Positions 1-8,979 of a DNA stretch of 59,704 nt are shown piece by piece (the stretch's first letter is position 1; each line of letters starts with the position of its first letter). Below the pieces are notes generated by a model that had not been told where the DNA came from, searched no databases, and saw only the letters and a list, made by a program, of their open reading frames with translations. The stretch is taken from assembly GCA_029261775.1 (NCBI GenBank), contig JAJDAR010000038.1:1-59704 (forward strand), read 5' to 3'. Origin of the DNA: Deltaproteobacteria bacterium. GTDB taxonomy: Bacteria; Myxococcota_A; UBA9160; UBA6930. The translations under genes and the position numbers were made by a program.

Positions 1-8
1 GCGGCTCC

Positions 9-1778
9 ATGAGGCTTGCCGTGGGTCCTCTGCTTCTCCTTGCCGTCGTGCTCTCGCGCCTCCTGTTCCTGGACGCGGACCCTCCGGGTCTCGTCCATCC
101 CAATTTCGCGACGGACGAGGGGTGGTGGGCACACGCCGCTAAGAACCACCTCCACGCCGGTCGATTCGTCCTGGACGAGCACAACACGGCCTTCTACCTG
201 GCGCCCCTGCACACCGCGCTCGTCCGGCTCAGCTACGAATCCCTCGGACCCTCGCTGGCTTCTACCCGGTTGCCGGGCGCCCTGGCCGGGATCCTCGTGT
301 GCCTGTTCGGGGCGGCGATGGCCCATTCGGAGCGGGGCCGCCGCTCGGGCCTGCTCGCCTTCGCCCTGCTCGGCTCGAGCTTCTTCCTCTTCTGCTATGC
401 GCGCATCGCGATGGTCGAGTCGTTGCAGCTGGCGGTGCTCACCGCAGCGGCGCTGGCGGCGCTGATCGGGGCGACCCGGACGGGGTGGGCGGCGGCGTCC
501 GGTGCGCTGGTGATGGTGTCGCTGCTGGCGAAGCCGAGCGGGGTGGCGGTGGGGCTCGCGTGCGCGCTCTTCCTCGCTGCGATCAGCTGGGAGCAGCGGC
601 GCCCCGCCAAGCTGCTGGCCTTTGCGGCGGGAGCCGGGCTGGCCGCGCTGATCCTGGGGGTCTTCTGGGTGCTCCCCCACAGCGAAGGGATCGCGACGGA
701 GCTCGGGTACCAGTTCGAGGGCACCTCGCGCGACGGGAGTCTTCTGCGCATGCTGCTCTCGTTCGCCAACACTCCCAGACCCGAGGGATCCCACCTGCAG
801 GCATTCCTCGCGCCCTCATGGTGGGCTCTGTCGGCGGCTCTCGTCGTCTCCGCGCAGCGGGGTCGGCCCCCGGCACGGGGTCCGCTCGCGCAACTGTCGT
901 GGCTGTGGCTGCTGTCGGGTCTCCTGCTCGTGGCCCTCCAGTGGTATCAGCCGGAGCGCCGGCTGCTGCTCGTCGTGCCGCCGCTCGCGATCCTTCTCGT
1001 GCTGCAGCTCGCCGAGCTGGCCCGTCCCGGGGCGCGGACCGACGGCAGCGTCGCTTCCGAGACCTCGGCCGGCGTCGTGGACGCATTCCGCAAGGGCGTG
1101 CCCGCCATCCTGATGACCGGGGCCGCTGTGGCGGTCCTGGCTTTCGACCCACTGAACGCATTCTGGCGGGAGGCCACACGAGCTCTCCCCCTGGGCGAGC
1201 AGCCCGGCCTCTCTTCCGAGCTGACCCCGCTGCTGGTGTGGACGACCGCCCTGGCGGCCGTCACGGGATTGCACCTGGCAGCCGCACGGCTTCCCCGCTC
1301 CTGGTTCGAGGCGATTCGCCCGGCGTGGATCCTCGTTCCGTTGCTCGCGTTCGAGCTGGGCCCGGTGTCTCGGGCTCTCCTCACCCCGACCATGACGTTC
1401 CGCGACGCCACGCGACACGTGGCCCTGGAGGTGTCGGAGGAGCCGCCAGGATGCCGCATCGTGCAGGGCAAGCTCGCGGACACCCTGGCCCTGGCGAGCG
1501 ACGCGCGGGCCTTCCATGTCCGGGAGTGGAAGGGCTGGAGCGTGCTCGATCAGGACGGCTTCCGACGCCATCGGCCCCGCTTCTTCGTGGCCGGGCGCCG
1601 GCCGGACGGGCGTCCCTGGGCGCCGCCGCTGCGCGCACCGGTCGAGCGCCTGGAGCAGCTCGAGCGGTTCGAGCTGTGGCCGGATCGAAGCGGCCGTCCC
1701 CGTCTCTCGGCCGACTTCTACCGGGTGCCGGGCGAAGTCCAGGCGTGCGGCCCGCGCGACCCCCGGAGCGAGCCCTAG
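9..1778 (+). CDS. Polytopic membrane glycosyltransferase, GT-C / family 39-like (ArnT/PMT type)
   Basis: 589-aa ORF with many hydrophobic helices across the first ~450 aa (LLLLAVVLSRLLFL, FFLFCYARIAMVESLQLAVL, LLSGLLLVALQWY). The N-terminal 'FLDADPPGL..DEGWW' loop is typical of GT-C enzymes, followed by a soluble C-terminal domain. The gene may begin upstream of the window. Confidence 0.6.
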   Translation: MRLAVGPLLLLAVVLSRLLFLDADPPGLVHPNFATDEGWWAHAAKNHLHAGRFVLDEHNTAFYLAPLHTALVRLSYESLGPSLASTRLPGALAGILVCLFGAAMAHSERGRRSGLLAFALLGSSFFLFCYARIAMVESLQLAVLTAAALAALIGATRTGWAAASGALVMVSLLAKPSGVAVGLACALFLAAISWEQRRPAKLLAFAAGAGLAALILGVFWVLPHSEGIATELGYQFEGTSRDGSLLRMLLSFANTPRPEGSHLQAFLAPSWWALSAALVVSAQRGRPPARGPLAQLSWLWLLSGLLLVALQWYQPERRLLLVVPPLAILLVLQLAELARPGARTDGSVASETSAGVVDAFRKGVPAILMTGAAVAVLAFDPLNAFWREATRALPLGEQPGLSSELTPLLVWTTALAAVTGLHLAAARLPRSWFEAIRPAWILVPLLAFELGPVSRALLTPTMTFRDATRHVALEVSEEPPGCRIVQGKLADTLALASDARAFHVREWKGWSVLDQDGFRRHRPRFFVAGRRPDGRPWAPPLRAPVERLEQLERFELWPDRSGRPRLSADFYRVPGEVQACGPRDPRSEP

Positions 1779-2584
1779 TCCAGGTACATCCCACCGTTGA
1801 CCTGGACGATCTCGCCCGTGATGAAGCCCGAGATCATCGGGTCGGCGAGCGCGCAGATCACCGCGGCCATCTGTTCGGGCTCGGCGATCCTGCCGGTCAG
1901 GGTGGCGCGGCCCATGGCGGCGATGCCCGCTTCGCCGACCGAAGCGAGCATCGGCGTGTTCACGGGTCCGGGCGCGATCGCGTTCACCCGCGCCCGATAG
2001 CTCGAGAACTCCCGCGCCGTCGTCTTCGTGACCGACTCGATCGCGCCCTTGGCCGCCGTGTAGTCGACCTGGCCGATGTTGCCGTTTCGCGCGCTGACCG
2101 AGGAGAAGTTGAGGATGAAGCGGTTGACGCCATCCTCGAGAGGCTGGTTGCCGTTGCTCTTGAAGAGCGGGTGCCAGTGCTGCGCGGCGACCTCGCGCGT
2201 GAAGAGGAAGGTGCCGTGGAGATGCACGGCCATCACCGCCTTGAAGTCTTCGTAGGACTTCTTCGGGATGCGCGCGTCCTTGGTGATGCCCGCGACGTTG
2301 ACGACACCGTTGATGCTGCCGGTCGCCTCCAGCGCCGTGGCGACGGCCGCCTGGACCTGTGCCTCGTCCGTGACGTTGGCGGCGCAGACGATCGGGGTGA
2401 CGGGCGCTACGCCGGCGATCGAATCGCGGGCCTCTTCGAGGCGGGCCGGGTCGAGGTCGATCAGCACCACCTGCGCGCCGTGCTCGGCCAGCATCGTCGC
2501 GACCGCGTGGCCGATGCCCTGGGCCGCTCCGGTCACCAGATGGGTCTCTCCTTCGAACGCTCCGTCTCGCAGCACGCTGGCCAT
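1775..2584 (-). CDS. SDR family oxidoreductase (FabG-like)
   Basis: Contains the TGxxxGIG cofactor motif (VTGAAQGIGHA), an NxAG motif (NVAG), and the catalytic S...YxxxK (SSVSA...YTAAK). Its stop overlaps the stop of the convergent gene in a CTAG palindrome. Confidence 0.9.
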   Translation of the reverse strand: MASVLRDGAFEGETHLVTGAAQGIGHAVATMLAEHGAQVVLIDLDPARLEEARDSIAGVAPVTPIVCAANVTDEAQVQAAVATALEATGSINGVVNVAGITKDARIPKKSYEDFKAVMAVHLHGTFLFTREVAAQHWHPLFKSNGNQPLEDGVNRFILNFSSVSARNGNIGQVDYTAAKGAIESVTKTTAREFSSYRARVNAIAPGPVNTPMLASVGEAGIAAMGRATLTGRIAEPEQMAAVICALADPMISGFITGEIVQVNGGMYLD

Positions 2585-2981
2585 GGGGTCTCCTCGGGGT
2601 AGGAGCGGCGGAATATGGCAGCAGCCCGGAACCCTGCCACGACCTACGCTCTATAATCCCCGCGGGGGACACTTGCTGCCATCAGGCTGTCATCAAAGGG
2701 CTCACTTCGGGCTTCTCATTTGGACTTGCTGCCATGAAGATGGCAGGAGGCCTTCCGTAGAGTGCACTGGCACCGAGGAGGGCCAAGGGGATGGGCGAAG
2801 CGAAGTGGAGACGACAGCGGGTGAGACCGACGACCCGGGGCCCGGGCGACCGGTTCGAGCAGGGATGGCGATTCGCCTCCACGAGCGAGGACGGCCACCC
2901 GCTGGCCCCCGGGCTGCGATCGCCGGGTGGCGTCGGTCCGGCCTTCGAAGCGTCCTGTCCCCAGGAGGTTGAACCGAGCTC

Positions 2982-3734
2982 ATGCGACGTGCGGACCGAC
3001 TCTTCCAGCTGATCCAGAGCCTGCGCAGCAGGCGCTTTGCGACCGGCCAGGAGCTCGCCGACACCCTCGGCATCTCCAAGCGCACCCTCTATCGGGACGT
3101 ACAGGATCTGCAGCGCTCCGGCGTGCCGATCCGGGGCGAGGCCGGAGTCGGGTACCGCCTGGAGAGGGGCTTCGAGCTGCCGCCCCTCACCTTCACCGGC
3201 GAGGAGCTGGAGGGCCTCGCACTCGGTGCGAGGATCGTCGCAGCGTGGGGGGATCCGGAGCTGGCCAAGGCCGTGGGCGCGGCGATCTCGAAGATCGAAG
3301 CCGTGATTCCGCCGGGCCTGCGCGAGACCCTGATGGATGCGCCGCTCTTCGCGCCCGGCTTCGAACGGGCGGCGTGGATGGCCCGGCACCTCGATGCCTT
3401 GCGTCGCGCGATCGGAACCCGCGCGGTCGTTCGACTGCGCTACGAGCGCGAGGACGGCGAGGCCAGCGATCGCGACGTGCGGCCCCTCGGCCTCTACTTC
3501 TGGGGCAACAAGTGGACCCTCGCTGCCTGGTGCGAGCTCCGTCGCGACTATCGGAGCTTCCGCCCCGACCGCATGGAGAGCGTGGAGGCGACGGGCCGGC
3601 TCTTCGACCCGAGCGAAGGACCCAGCCTGCAGGAGTACCTGCGGCGCACCGAGCAGGAGGGGCGCGAGTCCGGCAGCCCGGAGCCCCGCGGAATGCGGAT
3701 CCCCGGCCTCGCTCCGCCGGGTCCCCGGCCCTGA
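2982..3734 (+). CDS. YafY-family transcriptional regulator (HTH + WYL domain)
   Basis: N-terminal HTH (ELADTLGISKRTLYRDVQDL) and a WYL-type C-terminal domain (RPLGLYFWGNKWTLAAWCELRRDYRSFRPDRM). Confidence 0.85.
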   Translation: MRRADRLFQLIQSLRSRRFATGQELADTLGISKRTLYRDVQDLQRSGVPIRGEAGVGYRLERGFELPPLTFTGEELEGLALGARIVAAWGDPELAKAVGAAISKIEAVIPPGLRETLMDAPLFAPGFERAAWMARHLDALRRAIGTRAVVRLRYEREDGEASDRDVRPLGLYFWGNKWTLAAWCELRRDYRSFRPDRMESVEATGRLFDPSEGPSLQEYLRRTEQEGRESGSPEPRGMRIPGLAPPGPRP

Positions 3735-3764
3735 TGGCGACGATGCAGCGGCGCCCGGATGATC

Positions 3765-4400
3765 TCAGTCCGGGAAGGGCACCCCGGTTCCGCCGAGCCC
3801 ACAGTATCCACCGGGCACCTTGTCGAGGTACTGCTGGTGGTAGTCCTCGGCGTAGTAGAAGCGCGGCGCATCGAGGATCTCGGTCGTGATCGGACCGCGG
3901 CCTCGCCTGGCCAGCTCCTTGCCGTAGGCCTCCTTCGACAGCTCGGCGGCCTTGCGTTGGTCGTCGTTCGCGACGTAGATGCCCGAGCGGTACTGCGTGC
4001 CCGCATCGTTTCCCTGGCGCATGCCCTGGGTGGGATCGTGGGTCTCCCAGAAGGTCCGCAGGAGCGCGTCGTAGGAGGTCTGCGCCGGATCGAAGACCAC
4101 CCGCACGACCTCGTTGTGACCGGTCAGGCCGCTGCAGACTTCCTCGTAGGTCGGGTTGGGGGTGTGGCCCGCGGCATAACCGACGGCGGTGGTCCAGACG
4201 CCCGGCGCCTGCCAGAACTTGCGCTCGGCCCCCCAGAAGCAGCCCAGCCCGAAGAGCGCCGCTTCGAGGCTGTCGGGGAAGGGCGGAAGGATCGGGTTGC
4301 CCAGCACCGTGTGACGGTTCGTGACCGGCATCTTGGTGTCGCGGCCCGGAAGGGCGCGGTCCGCATCCGGGAGAACGGCCTTCTTGGAGAACAGCGCCAT
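3765..4400 (-). CDS. msrA: Peptide-methionine (S)-S-oxide reductase
   Basis: Active-site GCFWG motif ([10 protein letters not shown]) and a conserved 'YHQQYL' C-terminal region; 211 aa. Confidence 0.93.
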   Translation of the reverse strand: MALFSKKAVLPDADRALPGRDTKMPVTNRHTVLGNPILPPFPDSLEAALFGLGCFWGAERKFWQAPGVWTTAVGYAAGHTPNPTYEEVCSGLTGHNEVVRVVFDPAQTSYDALLRTFWETHDPTQGMRQGNDAGTQYRSGIYVANDDQRKAAELSKEAYGKELARRGRGPITTEILDAPRFYYAEDYHQQYLDKVPGGYCGLGGTGVPFPD

Positions 4401-4461
4401 GGGGAACCTCCGAGGGGGGTCCCCTGAGAATAACCTCGCCGGTCGCTGTTATCCTCCGCCC

Positions 4462-5229
4462 ATGCGGATCGCGACCTGGAACGTGAACGGGCTGCGGGCC
4501 CGGCTCGATTTCGTCATGCACTGGCTCGCTGCGCGTGAGCCGGACGTCGTGGGTCTCCAGGAGCTGAAGCTCACGGACGAGCAGTTTCCCCACGACGACT
4601 TCGAGCAGGCGGGCTACCGCGCCGTCACCCACGGCCAGAAGGCCTGGAACGGCGTGGCCATCCTGAGCCGCAAGCCCCTCGAGGTCACCCAGCTGGGGCT
4701 GCCCGGCCAGGACGCGCTCGGCTCGCGGCTGGTGACGGCGAAGGTCGAGGGCCTCACGTTCACGACGGTCTACTGCCCGAACGGCAAGAGCACCTCCCAC
4801 GAGGACTACCCGCGCAAGCTGGCGTGGTTCGACGCGCTGGCGGCCCACCTTCGGGAGCACGCCGACGGACCGGCGATCGTCGGCGGGGACTTCAACATCT
4901 GCCCCGAAGCCATCGACAGCTGGAACGAAGAACGACTGGCAGGCCAGATCTTCCACACGGACGAGGAGCGCGCCCGCATGCAGACGCTCCACGAGGCGGG
5001 CTTCCGGGATCTGTTCCGCTCGCTGCATCCGGAGGAGCAGGCCTTCTCCTGGTGGGACTACCGCGGCGGAGCCTTCCACCGCGGCCACGGACTGCGCATC
5101 GACTTCCTGCTGGGGACCGAGGCCGTGCGCAGCCGCACCCGTGAGGTGTGGATCGATCGCGACTACCGCAAGAAGCAGGACGGGCTCACGGCTTCGGACC
5201 ACGCGCCGGTCCTGGCCGAGCTGGAGTGA
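4462..5229 (+). CDS. xthA: Exodeoxyribonuclease III
   Basis: The internal ATG gives the canonical N-terminus MRIATWNVNGLRAR. Also has QELK, a DFNI-type motif (GDFNICP) and the C-terminal SDHAPV. The region upstream of this ATG overlaps msrA on the other strand. Confidence 0.92.
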   Translation: MRIATWNVNGLRARLDFVMHWLAAREPDVVGLQELKLTDEQFPHDDFEQAGYRAVTHGQKAWNGVAILSRKPLEVTQLGLPGQDALGSRLVTAKVEGLTFTTVYCPNGKSTSHEDYPRKLAWFDALAAHLREHADGPAIVGGDFNICPEAIDSWNEERLAGQIFHTDEERARMQTLHEAGFRDLFRSLHPEEQAFSWWDYRGGAFHRGHGLRIDFLLGTEAVRSRTREVWIDRDYRKKQDGLTASDHAPVLAELE

Positions 5230-5367
5230 GCGCAGCCCCCAGGGAGGGGGCAGCAGCCGAGGGAGATGAGGCCGTCCGGTTTCGGGGCGCCCGATCGTCG
5301 TCCTTTCGTCTTCGTCCTGCCACCGTCGTCCTGCCCCGGGGCAGCGCGGCGCGTCCGAGGAGGATTC

Positions 5368-6075
5368 ATGGCCACGAACACGAAACCGCGCTTCGAGGGC
5401 TTCTCCCGGGATCTGCCGAAGTTCCTGGGCCAGCTCCAGAAGCACAACGAGAAGGCGTGGTTCGACGCTCACCGCGCGCAGTACGAGGAGCTCTACCTCG
5501 AGCCGGCCAAGGCCTTCGTGAACGCCCTGGCCGCGGCGTTGCCCAAGAGCCTGGCCGCGGTCCAGCCGGAGCCCCGCGTCGGCGGCTCGATCATGCGCAT
5601 CAACCGCGACACCCGCTTCGCCAAGGACAAGCGTCCCTACAAGGACGCCCTGCACTTCATCCTGCCGCTCGGCGCGGGACACCGCACCGAGCACGCCGGA
5701 TTCTACTTCCGCATCGCCCCGGAGACCTTCGGCTGGGCCGCAGGCCACTTCGGATTCGATGGCCCCCGCCTGGCCGCGTACCGGAAGGCGGTCGCGGACC
5801 CGAAGGCCGGCAAGGCCCTCCGGCAGGCGATCGAGAAGGTGCGCAAGGCGGGCCCCTATGAGCTTCCCGAGCCGCACTACAAGCGAGTGCCCAGGGGCTT
5901 CGATCCCGAGCACCCGAATGCCGATCTGCTGCGCCACCAGGGGATCTCCCTGCATGCCGAGACCCGTCCACCGAAGGCGTTGTTCGGCCCCGAGGCCGTC
6001 GCCTTCTGCATCGATCGCATGAAGGAGCTGCTCCCGATCCCCGCCTGGGTCGAGACGCACGTGATGAAGGGTTAG
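5368..6075 (+). CDS. DUF2461 (TIGR02453) family protein
   Basis: The N-terminus 'FEGFSRDLPKFLGQLQKHNEKAWFDAHRAQYE' is family-typical. A GAGGAGG RBS lies 4 nt upstream of the ATG. Confidence 0.8.
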   Translation: MATNTKPRFEGFSRDLPKFLGQLQKHNEKAWFDAHRAQYEELYLEPAKAFVNALAAALPKSLAAVQPEPRVGGSIMRINRDTRFAKDKRPYKDALHFILPLGAGHRTEHAGFYFRIAPETFGWAAGHFGFDGPRLAAYRKAVADPKAGKALRQAIEKVRKAGPYELPEPHYKRVPRGFDPEHPNADLLRHQGISLHAETRPPKALFGPEAVAFCIDRMKELLPIPAWVETHVMKG

Positions 6076-6077
6076 GC

Positions 6078-6437
6078 ATGGAGTACGCGATCCTGATCTA
6101 CTGCGAGGAAGAGGGCTTGCCCGAGCGATGGGCCGACGACGACCGGCGCAAGGCGTTCTACGAGGACTACGGCGCCGTCAACCGGGACCTCGAGGCCAGC
6201 AGCGCCCTCTTGACGGCGCGCCGTCTCGCCACGACGGAGACGGCCACGACGATCCGCGTGCGCGAGGACGAGGTGACCGTCACGGACGGGCCCTTCGCCG
6301 AGACGAAGGAGGCACTCGGCGGCTTCTATCTCATCGAGGCTCCGGATCTGGATGCGGCGCTGGCCTGGGCGCGACGCATCCCCGGCGCACGCATCGGCTC
6401 GGTCGAGGTTCGCCCGATCCACCGGTACGGGGGCTGA
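6078..6437 (+). CDS. YciI-like / DGPF-domain protein
   Basis: 119 aa with the DGPF motif (VTDGPFAETKE) and 'GGFYLIEA'. It sits immediately upstream of an ECF sigma factor, the conserved ECF42 context. Confidence 0.85.
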   Translation: MEYAILIYCEEEGLPERWADDDRRKAFYEDYGAVNRDLEASSALLTARRLATTETATTIRVREDEVTVTDGPFAETKEALGGFYLIEAPDLDAALAWARRIPGARIGSVEVRPIHRYGG

Positions 6438-6461
6438 GCTCCGGCCTTGTATGCTGCCGGC

Positions 6462-7781
6462 ATGGCGAGCCGAGCCTCGGAGAGCCGGGCAGCGCTGGAA
6501 CGTGTGTTCCGGGAGGAGTCGGGCACGGTCCTGGCCGCGTTGATCGCACGCCTCCGGGACTTCGACCTGGCGGAGGAGGCCTTCGCCGACGCGATGGCCA
6601 CCGCGATGGAGCGCTGGCCCCGCGAGGGGCTGCCCGACAACCCGGCGGCCTGGCTCACCACCACCGCCCAACGCCGCGCCATCGACCGCCTGCGGCACCG
6701 GCGGGTTCGCGTCGACAAACGCGACGGGTTGCTCGAGGCAGAGCTCTCGCGTCGCGAGAGCGGCGGAAGTGCGGAGGAGGCCGTGGACGTGGCCCATGTG
6801 CCCGACGAGCGCTTGCGACTCCTGTTCACCTGCTGCCACCCGGCGCTCTCACCTGACGCCCGGGTCGCGCTCACCCTCAAGACGCTCGGCGGCCTCTCCA
6901 CGCTCGAGGTGGCCCGCGCCTTCCTCGCCACCGAGGACACGATGACGCGGCGCTTGTCGCGGGCGAAGAGGAAGATCCGCGACGCGGCGATCCCCTACGA
7001 GGTGCCGTCCGCCCGCGAGCTGCCGGAGCGGATCCAGGCGCTGCTCGGGGTGATCTATCTGATCTTCAACCAGGGCTACACCGCTGCGCAGAGCGCCTCG
7101 GGCGAGCGACGGGCGCTGTGCCGGGAGGCGATACGATTGGCCAGGGTGCTCGCCTCGCTGCTGCCCGACGAGCCCGAGGTCCAGGGTCTGCTGGCGCTTC
7201 TGCTGCTGCACGACGCGCGCCGGGAAGCGCGGGTCGGCGAAGACGGCACGATGGTCCCTCTCGAAGAGCAGGACGCGAGCTGCTGGGATTGGCTGCAGAT
7301 CGCGGAGGGCCGGCACGCGCTCGACGCAGCCGCGGCCCTGGGCCGGACCGGGCCCTACCAGGTACAGGCTGCGATCTCGGCGGTGCACGCCGAGGCGGCC
7401 GAGCGCGGTCGCGAGGCGAGCTGGCGCTGGGCGAGGATCGCGCGGCTCTACGAGGTGCTGCAGGAGATGCATCCGACGCCGGTCGTCGTGCTCAACCGCG
7501 CGGTCGCGCTCGGTCGCGCCGCCGGCCCCGAGGCCGGCCTGGCGCTCCTCGAGGCCCAGCTGGGGGAGGAGCGATCCGCGCGACTGCTGGAGGACTACCA
7601 GCCCTTCCACGCGGCACGCGCCGATCTGTTGCGCCGTGCGGGGCAGCGGTCCGAGGCGGCCCGGGCCTATCGCCGGGCGATCGAGCTGGCAGAGGGCAGC
7701 GCCGAGCGCCGATTCCTCCAGGCCCAGCTGGCGACGCTGGAGGGGGAGGGCGGTAGCGACCTCCCGGGAGCGCAGGGTTAG
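6462..7781 (+). CDS. ECF sigma factor with long C-terminal TPR-like extension (ECF42-type)
   Basis: Sigma region 2 (AAWLTTTAQRRAIDRLRHRR) and region 4 (LSTLEVARAFLATEDTMTRRLSRAKRKI), followed by a ~200-aa helical extension. No anti-sigma gene is adjacent. An alternative TTG start lies at 6447. Confidence 0.85.
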   Translation: MASRASESRAALERVFREESGTVLAALIARLRDFDLAEEAFADAMATAMERWPREGLPDNPAAWLTTTAQRRAIDRLRHRRVRVDKRDGLLEAELSRRESGGSAEEAVDVAHVPDERLRLLFTCCHPALSPDARVALTLKTLGGLSTLEVARAFLATEDTMTRRLSRAKRKIRDAAIPYEVPSARELPERIQALLGVIYLIFNQGYTAAQSASGERRALCREAIRLARVLASLLPDEPEVQGLLALLLLHDARREARVGEDGTMVPLEEQDASCWDWLQIAEGRHALDAAAALGRTGPYQVQAAISAVHAEAAERGREASWRWARIARLYEVLQEMHPTPVVVLNRAVALGRAAGPEAGLALLEAQLGEERSARLLEDYQPFHAARADLLRRAGQRSEAARAYRRAIELAEGSAERRFLQAQLATLEGEGGSDLPGAQG

Positions 7782-7879
7782 CCTTCGCCGATGCGGAGCG
7801 CAGGGTTAGCGTCCGCCGATGGGGAGCGCAGGGCTAGCCTTCGCTGATGGGGAGCGCAGGGCTAGCCTTCGCCGATGCC
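7768..7879. repeat. Four contiguous copies of a 28-bp tandem repeat (GAGCGCAGGGYTAGCSTYCGCYGATGSS)
   Basis: Units read directly at 7768-7795, 7796-7823, 7824-7851 and 7852-7879. Copy 1 contains the sigma-factor TAG stop (7779-7781) and copy 4 contains the ATG of the next gene (7875). Confidence 0.95.
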
Positions 7880-8882
7880 GCTTCGCTTCGGAATCCTCGG
7901 CGCCGGCCGCATCGCGCCGAAGGCATTGATCGCTCCTGCGGAAGGGAACCCGGGTGCGCGGATCCAGGCGATCGGCGCACGCGACCCGAAACGGGCGCGG
8001 GACTTTGCCGACGAGCACGGCATCCCCCTCGCGAGCGGCTACCGGCAGGTGATCGAGAGCCCGGACGTGGATGCCATCTACGTCGCGCTCCCGAACGGCC
8101 TGCACGGTCCTTGGACTCGCGCGGCGCTCGAGGCCGGCAAGCACGTCCTCTGCGAGAAGCCGCTGGCGTCGAACGCGGACGAGGCTCGCGGGCTCTTCGA
8201 CCTCGCGGAGGAGCGCGGACTGCTGTTGATGGAAGCCATCCACTATCCCTTCCATCCCGTGGCGGCCCACTTGCGGGCTCGCTGCCGGGGCGGCGGCGAG
8301 CTCGAGACGCTGGGTCGGCTCGAGACGCTCGAGGCGATCTTCACCGCGCCCATTCCCGAGTCCGACATCCGATTCGATCTCCAGCTGGCCGGCGGGGCGA
8401 CGATGGATCTCGGCAGCTACACGCTTCACGTCCTGCGCATGGCCGCCGGCGCCGAGCCCCGGGAGGTCCGGGCCACGGCCGAGCTCGGCCCGGCCGGGAT
8501 CGACGCGGCAATGGAGGCCGAGCTCAGCTTCGACGGCGGGACACGGGGCCGCATGCGGGTCGGGATGGGGCGTGGACGACCCTTCGAGACGGTCTTTCGT
8601 GCCCGTGGCAGTGCAGCGACCCTCGAGATCACCCGCTTCCAGGTGCCGATGATCGGGCACGAGATCACCTGGCATCCCCACGGTGGCGAGGCCGAGACCA
8701 CCTCCCTCACCACCCGCTCGACCTTCGACTTCCAGCTCGAGGCCTTCCTGGCCCTGGCTGCGGGGGGGCCGCCCTTCGAGCCCGCGTTCGGTGGACGCAC
8801 CGACGCGCTGGCGAACATGGAGCTGATCGATCGGGTCTACCGCGCCGCCGGACTCGAGCCGCGACCGATCTCCGAGCCCTGA
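7875..8882 (+). CDS. Gfo/Idh/MocA family oxidoreductase
   Basis: N-terminal Rossmann motif FGILGAGRIA and the EKP motif (LCEKPLA); 335 aa. Confidence 0.88.
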   Translation: MPLRFGILGAGRIAPKALIAPAEGNPGARIQAIGARDPKRARDFADEHGIPLASGYRQVIESPDVDAIYVALPNGLHGPWTRAALEAGKHVLCEKPLASNADEARGLFDLAEERGLLLMEAIHYPFHPVAAHLRARCRGGGELETLGRLETLEAIFTAPIPESDIRFDLQLAGGATMDLGSYTLHVLRMAAGAEPREVRATAELGPAGIDAAMEAELSFDGGTRGRMRVGMGRGRPFETVFRARGSAATLEITRFQVPMIGHEITWHPHGGEAETTSLTTRSTFDFQLEAFLALAAGGPPFEPAFGGRTDALANMELIDRVYRAAGLEPRPISEP

Positions 8883-8899
8883 ACGCCGCCGTCCTCCGG

Positions 8900-8915
8900 C
8901 TTCACACTTCTTCAC
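8900..8915 (+). promoter_or_regulatory. Direct repeat CTTCAC-N4-CTTCAC, a candidate OmpR-family response-regulator site
   Basis: Two identical hexamers with 10-bp periodicity lie 65-80 bp upstream of the Spy/CpxP-like gene that heads the two-component operon. The assignment rests on geometry only. Confidence 0.25.
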
Positions 8916-8979
8916 GCGCCAGACATGGCGAGGCAATCCGGGTGCCGCAGGTTCTGGGAGACGCGCCCGGAGGCATCCG

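Noticed and set aside
816-2672. Very long ORFs antisense to, or out of frame with, recognised genes. Examples: 816-2672 (-), 3193-6060 (-), 10850-13456 (-), 13026-15131 (-), 16363-18258 (-), 34914-36842 (-) and 50050-52614 (-).
   Set aside because: Their translations are Arg/Pro/Gly/Ala-rich low-complexity sequence with no family resemblance, and each overlaps a gene with clear motifs on the other strand or frame. This is the expected stop-codon-poor artefact of ~70% GC DNA.
2585-2981. The two large non-coding regions (2585-2981 and 12823-13625) as tRNA, tmRNA, RNase P, SRP or 6S RNA genes.
   Set aside because: I could not find the conserved signatures: no GGTTCGAnTCC T-loop with an acceptor stem, no GAGGAAAGTCC RNase P motif, no SRP GGAA/AGCA domain, and no tmRNA tag ORF ending at CCA. 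A covariance-model scan is still needed to rule out other RNA classes.
2982-3734. The WYL-domain regulator as a marker of an adjacent phage-defence system.
   Set aside because: Its neighbours are an SDR oxidoreductase, msrA and xthA. No nuclease, helicase, methylase or other defence-type gene lies within reach. YafY-type regulators are common in ordinary metabolic contexts.
7768-7879. The 28-bp repeat array as a CRISPR array.
   Set aside because: The units are directly contiguous with no spacers, the unit is not palindromic in the CRISPR manner, and no cas genes are present.
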